Shown here: piece after piece, positions 37,401 through 48,600 of the stretch
Layout: each line of letters begins with the position of its first letter
Numbering within the stretch: position 1 is the first letter of the stretch
Source of the DNA: Tubiluchus corallicola
Lineage: Eukaryota; Animalia; Priapulida
Direction: 5' to 3'
Assembly (NCBI GenBank): GCA_030141605.1
Contig: JAQGDQ010000129.1
Location: forward strand, 256,781 to 320,780
DNA: 64,000 nt
Notes under the pieces: model-generated
The model's input: only the letters and a program-made list of their open reading frames with translations
Told to the model about the DNA's origin: nothing
Database searches by the model: none
Translations under genes and position numbers: made by a program

Positions 37401-40400
37401 ACATTGGAACATTACACTTGATAGATTTCATTGTAGGACTTCACATACACATTGCCAAATACTGAACAAAACTTTTTGGTATGATGAGAAATGTTTGAAA
37501 ACAATGCTGTATCATTAAGATGATTCTCTTGAACAAAGTTTTATAACTAATGTGATTCCATTGACACGTGTACAGAAGTAAAAAACCATAATATTAATAG
37601 ATCACTTCTGCAACTTCAATGAGGCAACAATACCACTAAATTCCATGACCTTAAGATTATACCTGTTCACAGTATCCTATGTATTTACATGAGTATATAA
37701 GTATATACTCATATAAGAGTATACTTATACGATTATATGAGTTTATGTGAGTCAGTAATGTACTGACAAACTTTAAATATACATTTTCTAGTAATCTGTA
37801 AATTTAAGTATCCCCAAGCAGCCATTTTAAGTTCAGAGTTCAACCTTTCAACATTAATCGAGACATAGGCTACATAAATTGTGGCAAAAAGATTTAGAAA
37901 ATATTATACAAATTTCAAGAATGTATCGGCCTATATCATTGATCATCTCCTGCTCTTATTTTTATCAATCAAATTTGTTCAAAACTATCACAATACCATA
38001 TTACAAATTTTTACGTAATTATTTTCAGGGGCTCTGATGGCAACTTATGTTGTAAACCTTGAAAAAATCGTACGTTTAAGCAAAAATTTGGTAGTTTGAA
38101 TACTAACTTACCTGCTGTAAACGTTTAAGAGCCTGCTGAATTTTGTCATGCACAAATGCAGTTGGCTGAACTTTTTGTTCAAACTGAATCTGAATCTGAC
38201 GGTTCTTCTCACTTTCTGCCAGTTGACGCTGCTGCTCTACGACTAGCTTATCGTACAACATCTTTGCAAATGCCTCATGTGATGGCGGCCTTTTCTGGTG
38301 AGTCTATAAAAATCACAGTTGCAAAGTCAAGTAATGTTCATAATTTTTTTGATAATGTCCCAAAAAGTGAGGCACATTTACAGGCAGTACTAACTCTCAT
38401 GTGATGCTTTATATGGCGGCATTTTTTCTTTTATAATCATGACAGGTCTAAAGCGTTGTTGCCAAGTTCAAGTTTAAAACATACCATACACATCAATGTT
38501 TATAATACACCAATGTTTATGCAACATCAGACAATAAAACATCACAATAAATTTGTTGATACTTCCACACAAAAACTTTTACTAATGTAACACAACTACA
38601 CAACAGGAAGAACTATCATTTTAATAAAGTAATTATTTTATGTCATAAGTATTTGCCAAAAGGAGTAAACAGTTAACTGTTCAAAACATTAGAACTTTTT
38701 ACACAAACAATTAAACAATTTTGTAATTCAATGGGCAAAAAAATTTTTAATAAATAAATTACATAAAAAATACATAATGAAATGGTCAAAAGCTCAACAA
38801 GATTTAGAATAAACAGTCTCAGACTTTCACTTCATACTTGACTGTAAAAGCAACATTTTTAATCAGTTTAATCTGCATGAAAATTTTTGCATATATCTCC
38901 TAATTAAGAAATCCCAGAAAATGTAGTCTACACAAAAATAGTTCTGGCTTACTCGAGTATTATAAGAAATAAAAGTTTAAGAAGCCTTAAAATTTGTCAT
39001 TCATACTGATAATAATTAGTGCATCTAAGTTATAAAAAATAAAATTTATTTATTCATCACAGCATCCAGTAAACCTCCCAAAATTTTGCTAGAAAAAAAT
39101 CATAAAGTTTGATACCCGGAAAACCCAAAACGTCCACGTTCTAACTTCTAACTGCATTGATTAGTAGATGTGCTTACAATGAGGTTGAGGCATTTTTTCT
39201 AAATTAACAAAAAATTCTAAAAAACTTACTCTAGCACACTGATGAGGCTTCCCTGTAAAATGATGATGATGATGCTCCTTCTTTCGTACTGAAGATGCAC
39301 TTGCTACACTCGCTGTTTCCCTATAAACAAAAAACAAAAATAATTTAATGTGCATCGTAATGTTACAAATCAAAACTAAAGAACTAACATTTTTTCTTGG
39401 CTGATAAAATCAATTGCTCAAAACTGGCTTAATTTACTACAGCTTTAAATGAAAATACTCGACCAGTTGACTTACTTATAAGGAAAAAAATATAAACAGA
39501 ATCAAGCAAACAGCAGGAAAGTATGAGGCACCTTCACAAACTAATAAAGCCTACTAAGCCAAACAACAGCTTTTAAAAAAATCGGAAAACTAAGGACGCC
39601 ACCTACACATGCACTCGGCAATTTAATTTTTGATCAGGAAATTGTTAAGGTTATCACTGAACCACTATAAAACAAATTCAATTTTCTATTATTATTAAAT
39701 TCAATACAACAATGATTCACATCAGAAATTCCAAATTGTGTCATGCATTATAGCTAATTTAACAAATCTTTACAGCAAAATTACTGTTCATGAAATTGAT
39801 ATTTAGCAGCATGTTATTGTATACATCATAATGTTTCGGTTTAAGAAGCATGTCACTTAAAATTGTGAGTCAATTAAAAACAAATTTCACCATGTTACAT
39901 AAAAAATCATAATTATCAATTATTTAAAGCAGTTTGGTGACAGCATAATTAATAATACGTTCAGACCAGAATAGAAAACCTTGAGGTATCATTTTTTAAA
40001 AGATATGCAGAATTTTTTCTTTAACAGTTTGTTAAACAGCAACAACAAGGCCTGCTACTAACGCAGAATGATTGTGGCAGAACCGAAACATCGCTAACTA
40101 ATTATAAAAGATACTTGTAGTCATCTAAATTGAGACTGTGACATAGCTATTTTAGTCACAACTGGATATAAACATATATCCTCTTGCCCTCATTTGCAGA
40201 GGCAGCACTGTAGGTAAAACATGTCCAAAAGCAACCTTGTTGGTGCCACTCAATTTCCTAAATCAGCTTCAGCATTAAATTAGGTAAATCGATATGCCAA
40301 AAATGCTTGAGGATGCAATACGAAGAATTAATGGATAATTTTGCACATTTGATTCAGACTGCAAACCTAAAAAAAGTTATCAAAAATGAAGTAATTAAAT

Positions 40401-42668
40401 AAAATAAAATAGAATAAAATGAAAACAACTGAAATAACAGAAAAGAAAGTTGGTACATTGAATTATTTCATACATACACACTGTCATTGGTTACAGGACA
40501 ATCATCAACATTCCATACTTCACTTGAGTACAAGTCACTTTCCATGGACGGAGCCGGAGGAATTGGACATAAGCTTGTCTGCGAACCTTCTGACTGTGAA
40601 CTGAAAATTAATATAACACTCACCATCAACAATATTAAATGAAAAATTATAAAAAATATAAAAATAAAACAAATTTAACAAATAAAACTACAGCAATAAA
40701 AAATATAATAACTGCAAGACAGCGCAAAGAACATTAAAAATGTGATGAATAACAATGTTTGGCCTTACAAGCATCGCATTTACCCTCAAAGTCTAATTTT
40801 TCTCAAACAAAAATACAATTTTCTTAAGGATGAATGTGCAAACACTATTACCTTATGGCTTTTTTAATGACATTAAAAAGCATCTTCTGATGAACCATGA
40901 AGCCAAGTCAGGCCAGACAAGAGTTTGAACAGATGAAGGATTTGTTTTGTATATAAGGAATATATTTTTAGACAGAAGTAGGAAAAGATCAAGCAAATTT
41001 AATATTATGCTATTGTCGTACTGATATTGCTGTAAACCATCTAAAAATCTGCCTGAACATGGAATTCTCTGTAGTTTTACATTCTATGGCGTTTAACTTA
41101 TATATAAGTTAGACCATTATTGAAAAATTTCAACTCATCGTGTATGTGTGTGTGTGTGCGTGCGTGCATGTGTACGTGTGTGTGTATATATATATAAGCA
41201 TAATAAGAAAGATATAATATACATACCCAATTTGTAGTTCATCAGCCTGTTCAATGTCAACCAAATGAAGTCGTGACTGCAAAAGTTTCTCAATCGTAGC
41301 TAAAGCAATGAAGTCACTCCCATTACGGACCACTTTAACCTTTTCTTCGTCCTTGCTGATGGAGGTACAACTGCCGGAAGGCACTGTGTCTTGTTCTTCA
41401 CATAATGTCGGAAGCGAGTTTTTCCCCACCGATCCTGCACTTCCAAAACTACTTCCAGAACTGAGACTTTGACACTGCACTGACTGCACATGATTTAAGT
41501 AAGTGTTTGATTCCAGAAATGCTGGATAAAACTCCGTCTGAAGAATTTTCTCAATTTCTACTTCAACATCAGCAAAAATCAGACGATTGTTGACAACTTT
41601 TTTCACTCGGATGGCCTCTGCTATTTGTTTTCTTATGTTGCGATCAAGCTTGTGGTGAAACGTTTCCTCTCCATTTTTACTGATAAACGTGTTATAAATG
41701 GTTTTCACTATGACAGGTAGTTTCTCTGTTTCTTCTGTCTCTTTCAACCATTTACACATAAACCAAAATTTAACCAAATTCTCTGACTTCTGCGTGCTAA
41801 GATACTCTCTGAATATCTGTACACCTTCCGGGTCAGACAGGAGGTCCTTCAAACTGATTGCCCATCTACGACAGGGAGGCGTGCCAGTTTCTGAACAAAA
41901 ATGCGTTGAAATCTGATCTGGATCCACACCATCACTGCCATGTTCTGTGGCATCCACACCTGGTGTATTGGCAGGAGTGTGCTGTGAGAGAAATCAAGTA
42001 ATTTGACAATAGGCCAAATTAATGAAAAAATGACACAATTTCAGTTTCCTCAAAATTACGAAAGTTCTAATGACCAGACTTAAACAGACTATAACTCTGA
42101 CTGAGTGAAATTTACAATCATTCTCATGTCCTACCAAGGGGAATACCACTCCTGGCATGTTTGAAAATTAGTGCAGCAAAGGTAATGGTAGCCAAAGCTA
42201 GCTCACAACTTTTACAGTTCACTCCGATAAATTAGGAAACCTAACTGTTTAAAGTTTTGTGTCTATGTCTACGTATGTAAAAATTTGTTATCCTTAATGT
42301 CAGACCTTCTGTGAACAACCTTTTGTATCTATATTACAAAATCTACAGCTCTAATCTACAGCAAAATTCCTGACAACTGTATAAGTGTGATACACAATTA
42401 AATTACAAATTTAAGTATTTTCCAGAAGTAAATATAGCCATTACAAATTAGTTGAGTTTCAGAGTTTTTTGCCACTAAAGCTAGCTGTCATTACATAAAA
42501 GACAATGAGATTCATCATAAAACAATAAAATGATATTTTAATGTTCAGTTCAAAGTTATAATATTCAGTAAACGTCAAATGTACCTTACAATGTATCGTA
42601 TGATCACATTCTTCTCCAACTGTTGGAGGTCGACAATTCTCACCCTCCTCAGTCTCTATGCAATGCAT
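31324..42668 (-). CDS. AXIN1: Axin, ~838 aa; join(42668-42585,41981-41227,40600-40478,39320-39230,38303-38112,37149-36933,35849-35673,35220-35022,34475-34398,33700-33505,33003-32909,32060-31878,31450-31324)
   Basis: Tankyrase motif RPPTVGEE, RGS domain (WAISLKDLLSDPEG...FYPAFLESNTY), GSK3 helix (EAFAKMLYDKL), beta-catenin helix (QAILDKHVSK), His-rich tract and C-terminal DIX domain. The exons sum to 2517 nt with all phases consistent. Probably the single pro-ortholog of AXIN1/AXIN2. Confidence 0.95.
31878..32060 (-). CDS. AXIN1: Axin exon 12 (DIX domain N-half)
   Basis: SIVVGYELNGETYKTKLSGKNITLRHFKSSINKKHHYR; GTAAGA donor. Confidence 0.93.
32738..32757. repeat. (TTA)n microsatellite
   Basis: ttattattattattattatt. 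Confidence 0.8.
32909..33003 (-). CDS. AXIN1: Axin exon 11
   Basis: ALFMPSKTEVEEAQRG resembles the conserved Axin TQLEEARRR segment; phase 0-2. Confidence 0.82.
33505..33700 (-). CDS. AXIN1: Axin exon 10
   Basis: Only the phase-2 frame is open (QTAGLDSSRHSSHHNSG...KKSEQVQ); 3' boundary uncertain (GT donor 33504 vs GC donor 33514). Confidence 0.78.
34398..34475 (-). CDS. AXIN1: Axin exon 9 (78 nt, possibly cassette)
   Basis: TTTTAG acceptor; open HNSVDYGKLFEKPVLDSDAAAFYYH; GTAGGT donor; symmetric phase 2, so it can be skipped in frame. Confidence 0.5.
35022..35220 (-). CDS. AXIN1: Axin exon 8
   Basis: SAGHSVTGRSHG...FFDSGISVYESASSLP...; GTAAGT donor, phase 2. Confidence 0.85.
35673..35849 (-). 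CDS. AXIN1: Axin exon 7 (His-rich)
   Basis: RKEHGSMLSTDSGMSNEGTHEELHNHIHHHHYYFHN...; phase 1-1. Confidence 0.82.
36933..37149 (-). CDS. AXIN1: Axin exon 6 (beta-catenin-binding helix)
   Basis: EEDSSDESQAILDKHVSKCFGKSP matches the ILDxHV motif; AAG|GTGAGT donor. Confidence 0.92.
38112..38303 (-). CDS. AXIN1: Axin exon 5 (GSK3-interaction region)
   Basis: THQKRPPSHEAFAKMLYDKLVVEQQR...KIQQALKRLQQ; CAG|GTAAGT donor. Confidence 0.9.
39230..39320 (-). CDS. AXIN1: Axin exon 4
   Basis: ETASVASASSVRKKEHHHHHFTGKPHQCAR; TTTATAG acceptor, GTAAGT donor. Confidence 0.85.
40478..40600 (-). CDS. AXIN1: Axin exon 3
   Basis: SQSEGSQTSLCPIPPAPSMESDLYSSEV...TNDSV resembles the Axin PATSANDSE...TDSSV region; phase 2-2. 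Confidence 0.85.
41140..41194. repeat. compound (TG)n/(TA)n microsatellite in Axin intron 2
   Basis: gtgtatgtgtgtgtgtgtgcgtgcgtgcatgtgtacgtgtgtgtgtatatatata. Confidence 0.9.
41227..41981 (-). CDS. AXIN1: Axin exon 2 (RGS / APC-binding domain)
   Basis: Core of ORF 41130..41957; CTCACAG acceptor; GTATGT donor, phase 2. Confidence 0.96.
42585..42668 (-). CDS. AXIN1: Axin coding exon 1 (start, tankyrase-binding motif)
   Basis: MHCIETEEGENCRPPTVGEECDHTIHCK; in-frame stop just upstream of ATG; donor AAG|GTACAT. Confidence 0.88.
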
Positions 42669-45600
42669 TGTACCTCAGCTGGCAAGAAGTGAAGTGCAGT
42701 CTGATAATTCTGAATACAGCCACTTGCCAGCTGAATTCCGATTAGGCTGCTAACCAATGTATTGGTCACTTTCCTCGAGAGGAAAAGGTCGTTACTCTGG
42801 TCAGACAGCCTGGCTGCTAGCTTCTGCAATGAATCAGCTTGTCCAGCTGCAAAACTTTATGGCTCAAACAGCAGTTTTCTAAAAGAAACAATAATAAAGG
42901 TAAGAGATGACTATAATAACAGCAGCCTTCAACGAGTATGAAGCTAAAATATTCTAGATCAAAAGTGTCCCAGTGACATATAGAAATGTGATCAGACTGA
43001 CTTGTAATTTCAGCATAAAGATATGCAAATAATACTACAAATCTGAAAATATACAAAATGCATGTCACCAACAAACACATAATACTAGCAACCACCTGTT
43101 ATAGCACACATATTTTAATAATTAAAAACAAAAAAATGGCAGGGGTGCTCATCATCCATCATAGTTAAACAGCACTAAACCAGCTAAGTAAACAGATAGA
43201 TAGCCAACGAAAAATGTGTCCAGACAGTGCTGCCTATTTAACTAATTAAGGAAGGCTGAATAAACATCTAAAAATGCAATGTGGCTATGAGTCGTATAGC
43301 CCAGTGTGTCACTTTGAAGAACTGCTGTTGATAAAGGGATAGATTCTGGTCCTGTCACAACCAAACAGCGGTAATTAATGCCTCGAAGCTCGGAACTGTA
43401 AAAAAACTCAAGGTATAAAAAGCTCTAAGCAATTCTTACTCCTTCCTTTCAAGGATAAGTCGCTGGATTCATTTCATTAAGGCAGGTTTTCACTACCTTC
43501 CCACCTACACCACAATAACTAATCTTGCAGCAGCAGCAATGTGATTTCCCTGAAAACACTTCAGCAAAACTGCAAAGCCACTCCACCAAAAACTGATTAC
43601 TTGCCTAGCAAAAACTCAATAGCAACCTGAAGGCACAAAAGCGTACACTGAGATAATAAGGGATTAGAAATGAAACCTGCTGTGCTCTGTTTCGCATGGT
43701 CTTCCCCTGTCAATCAATACAAACACGGAGGACTTAATGTGAAAAAGGCAAGGATAAGTACAAACCCCTGCAGGGTTCATAACAGTATTATGATTCATAG
43801 TGTGGTATTATTTTAGCTTAGATTTGATGAGGCTCAAAGAAAAACGTAAAAAAGGGAAGGATTTCAATTCGTAAGCGGCCTAGCCAGCAATTCAGTTAAT
43901 GTTACTAAAGCTATTCATTTTCAATAAGGACGTAAAAAACAGAAAATATTAAGTGAATTAGGTATAAACGCAAATTAAATTCTAACAAGATGAGTGACAA
44001 TTAATGAAAAAATCTCATAATTAAGAAACGGGGAAAAAACAATTCAAGCCACCTCCGTAAGTTATCTTTGAAAGAATAATAACAAAAAATGGTAAAATAT
44101 CACATAATATTACTTACATATATTGTCATTATGTGTTTTAACATAACATATTAAAATAACATAATAAACTGTCCAAAAATAGTATTAGACTATTAGACAG
44201 TTTATGTGAACTTTTTCCTTTTCTCATTCTTTTTTTCACCTGCAGTTAAACTGCAAAACTATAGCAATAGTTTTAAACGTCATGGTTTTCAAAATTTCTT
44301 AAACATGTGATTTCATACAACAATTCGGATATGACATTACAACTATACGATACTTGGATTAACTTACGCAAAATTTTCTTCTACAACAGAAATCAGACTC
44401 CGTGTTCCACATGCGATAAGAAACTAATAAGCTAGAAACATGTGATAAAAATTTTACATATTTAGGAAAATTCAGTCAGTGGCATTATTAGAAGAGGCAA
44501 AAAGTTCAAAAAAATTAAATCTGGAGCTTACCAAAACTAATTAAGGAACAATAGAAAGCACACAAAATGCACCAATTTAAATTACATCAATATCACAGCA
44601 AGATCATTGGATTTGCCATATTGATTAATACATATGGGAATTACACTCAATGCATGGCCGCCTCCTAAATGCGACCCCTGCTTCTCTGACACACATGTGG
44701 CACAATTATGAAGGAAAGCAATTCTACCTACGTCAGACAAACTTGTGTCGACAATGCGGGTCACGCCAGCACAGTAAAACCGAAACTACTTATCCCTATG
44801 GTCATTATTGTAGAACAGGAAATAAAGGTGCTTTATGGCAGCCTGTAAGTCGTAAAATCTTCTGGAAGCAATGAGAAGTTTGATGCTTTTAAAAGAATAT
44901 CGCATTAGCGTTTGCTTCAACAATTTCAAATAACCGGGAGGAAAAACACAATCTTGCTTATTGTGTTACTAAGTTATTACCTCCGGTTTTCTGCGAAATC
45001 ATAAAAGTGCGCGAAGTAAAGAAAGGTAACTAAATGCAATATTGTCCACGTGCTACTAAGACAGATTAGTGCTTAAAGACGTATTCGAGATCTGGAATGC
45101 CCAAAAATTCGTTTGAATCTTGAACTTTGTTTTTTATCGTTGTTGTTGTTTTTGACCATCTTATATAATTTGATAGCATATCACACAATCACCAATAGCT
45201 TTCATATAAAGACGACAGAGTAACCTACTTGGGAAGTCACAAATTTCAGCTGGCTGTTATACGCGTTATTAAACGAGTTATCTTTACACCGTTTTCACGC
45301 CGCTACCTGGTTGACCTTTGTCCTTCACTCCACTTACATAAATCAGCTCGCGTTATTGCCACTTTTCGTACGATACGACATTCCATAAGTGGCAATAAAT
45401 TATTAGATCAAAGAAATTTTAGTCATATAGGTAAACAAGCCAAACGTCAGAAAACAGTTCAAAACACCAGTGATCTTTCCTCTCAAAGACGTGGGTAAGG
45501 CGTATTATCTTGTCCGTCATGCACTGGTTTGACGATTTTGTTGAAATGATGCAAAATATTTAAACCAAAGACAGAAATTTGGTACAACCCTTTCACTCTT

Positions 45601-48600
45601 CTATCAGGTCGTTCTACCACAGGGCCTTTAAACGTTACTAGTCTGAATACTTTTAAGCACCTGCATGCTGATTGCATATACAGACTGAGTTCAGCAAGCG
45701 AGTTGGACATAGTTAGTTCTCGCATTTTACATTTTTTTAAATTCTACAATTCTGGCTTCAAACATACTTAGGACTTAGGGTAATGTTTGTGTCACATGAC
45801 TGATGTTACATTGGATATACAAAATTCTCTCCGCTGAAAAATTCAATTTCGCTAGAAAATATTCCATGCCTAATAAGAAGTTTGACGTAAATGATGTTAC
45901 CGAGGCTGTCGATGTGTATCAGCGTCTAGGCAATGCAGTTTACTTCAGGCGTGTGTATATTACTGTCATTAATGGATGATGACTGTCACTCTCTCCAGGG
46001 AGAATGCATAAATGTGCAGCCAGCGATGGATAAATGCTCCACTAAAAGCACTCGGCCCGTAGAAAATGTGCAGGAAAGTGTGGAAAATGAAAATAACTGG
46101 AGGGCAATTTAAATTGAATAGGCGTTTAGCGCAACTGAAATGTGTGAAGCTATTATGCGCTATTTTTACGGCTTATTTAAACTGATGGATCTAGTGGGTT
46201 TCTTTTGGAGTGACAATAAGGGGCTCTTGTGTTTCCATAGCATCACTGCCATCAAATGGGCAAAAAGTTAACAAGAAATGGCAATTGAAATCTAAATTTA
46301 ACGTTTAGTTCCAAAATTAAGCTGTTTAGATTTTTAAGCATGTAGATCACGAACATCACGAACACTTTTCCTTATTTAAAAAAAATTGTTTGAACCTTCC
46401 TGACTACATATTAATTAGCTTCTGAATCCAATTATTTTTCTCACGTTAAGTTTCAGTCAATTGGTTAAATAAAAACTGTAACACAAGCATACATACGCAC
46501 ACAAATAAAAAGCTCACAAAAACAAAAATACAGTTTTACAGCGTCATTTTTGCAGTACGATTTTATGGAATGTGCACCTCAAACACACAATGCGGACAAG
46601 ACAAGGGAATGCCTGGGTTGTCATGGATCACCGATTGTAAATGGTTTTGAAGTTAAACAACACTTGGCTTGTTCAGCAAATACGTGGGCGACAAAACGGA
46701 AACTTTAGAGTGGTTTAATTTGTAATGCTGCTCCCTGCAATTTCTCGTGTTAAGAAAGAATAGATACGCTCAAGAAAATGAATCCTCTAGAAGTTTATCC
46801 TTGATACTCAGCTAGTTTCTGACCATGCCGTAGCCATCTATATTAAGTAGGCTCTGCAAACTGGAATGCACCTTGCAGTATTCTGAATTATATACAAATA
46901 TGTAAACATCTACAACTATTACAAATATGAAAGTTACTTAAGGATTCAGCGTTATTCATGTTTAGAGCTATTCAAACTGTAAAACCATGTTTTTGAATTG
47001 TGTGCTTTTTATTAAAAAAAATTAAAGTACATCAAGCACATCAAAGCATTTCAAAGATATATGCGTCCTCAGAGTACAAGTTACTCTTTATACCTTAATT
47101 GAAAGTCTGGCTATACAACAATCCTGCACATTTTTATTTTTGTCAACATGGATTTTTGGATTACAATTATGGCTAGCTCATTTTTTGGCAATTTTGAAAG
47201 TGATAATTTGGAATGGATCAGATTTTTTTAAATTTCTATTAAGACTGATATTTACTAAGTCTTCGTAATATTTTTCTGTGAGTGCATAGATAAAAACTGT
47301 AAGTAAAGATGAGTGTTTAAGAAAAACAAAGTAATCCCAAACCACGTTAAAATAGAAACTGTACTTTCAAATGCTGTATTACCATAATAATAAGATATTC
47401 TGTCACAAGCAGAAAGATCAGTGAAAAGGGCAAAAACCAAAAAGTTTCAATGCAGCAAAACACCTAGTTGAAATTTTGAAATGGTCATGCAATTTCTGAA
47501 TGCTGTACACAATGCACGGCCACAAGGTTACTGAATGGTAAAATCAACAAAAAATAATTTGATTATTTGCTAGGCTTTCTCAACTAAACTGCAAATACAC
47601 CATACTGAACAACTGCTTATATATGTTAGCTATTTACATAAAATTTGACAAAAACTCATGATTATGCACATGTATACACAAACATACTTATTTCAAAGCA
47701 ATTATAAAATGATACAATAAAAATAACTTTAAATTTAATTTTTATTGAATCATATACTACCCCAAGGTGCACTGTAAAAATTTTCTAGGTGAATTCATAT
47801 TGTTTAATAAGTTTTATGAATTTTGAAAATGAGCAAGTTTATGCTCATCTGTTTCCTGCAAACTATTTCACAGAATTCTCGGAAATCTGTAATCCAGCAA
47901 ACCCTTAACCGAATCTCGCTAAACATTGAACAGGATAATAAAAACAGGCAGCTTAATCGTGATTTACGAGCTGCTAAAGTTTAGGCCGCAATTTGCATCT
48001 ATAGACAAACGGTTTACGAACTATTACCCAGTTTTACTGCTTTCGTATACGACTTTTTATCAAATAAATCACATTTTATTGTTTGACGTTAAAGTTTATT
48101 CAAAGTAAGCACAAATGCAAAACGGCGCATGTGCACAAATGTTACACAAATATTGTACAATTCTCACAAATATAATGCAATTTTTAGCCGTCTATGTATT
48201 TCAGAGAAATTCAAATATAACATGTTTATAGTAGGATTGTGTTTTTCTATGCTTGGAATACTTGACCTTTTCATACAATATGAACAATAGTTTATGACTG
48301 CATTATAAAATAATGGAAGAATATTAAACAAAAAGAAGCTCTAAAACAGAACAAAAATCCTAATCGTGAGTACATTTCAAATTGATAACAAAATTGAGTT
48401 CAGTATGACACTTTAGTTACTCGGTTTAAACTGATTAATGACTGCAACTGCCAATTTAATAAAGGAAAATCCGAGCTATAACTGCCGCGGTAAAATAAAA
48501 ACTATTTATAAATGTTAAAGTAGCAACACAATTTTCCATTTCGCGTAAATTGAAAGTATACATTGAGCCCCGATAGCCTACAAAATTCAAAATGTTACTT

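Noticed and set aside
41130-41226. C-terminal tail of the 275-aa ORF (YVYYIFLIMLIYIYTHTYTCTHAH...)
   Set aside because: Intron read-through into a TG/TA microsatellite after the donor at 41226
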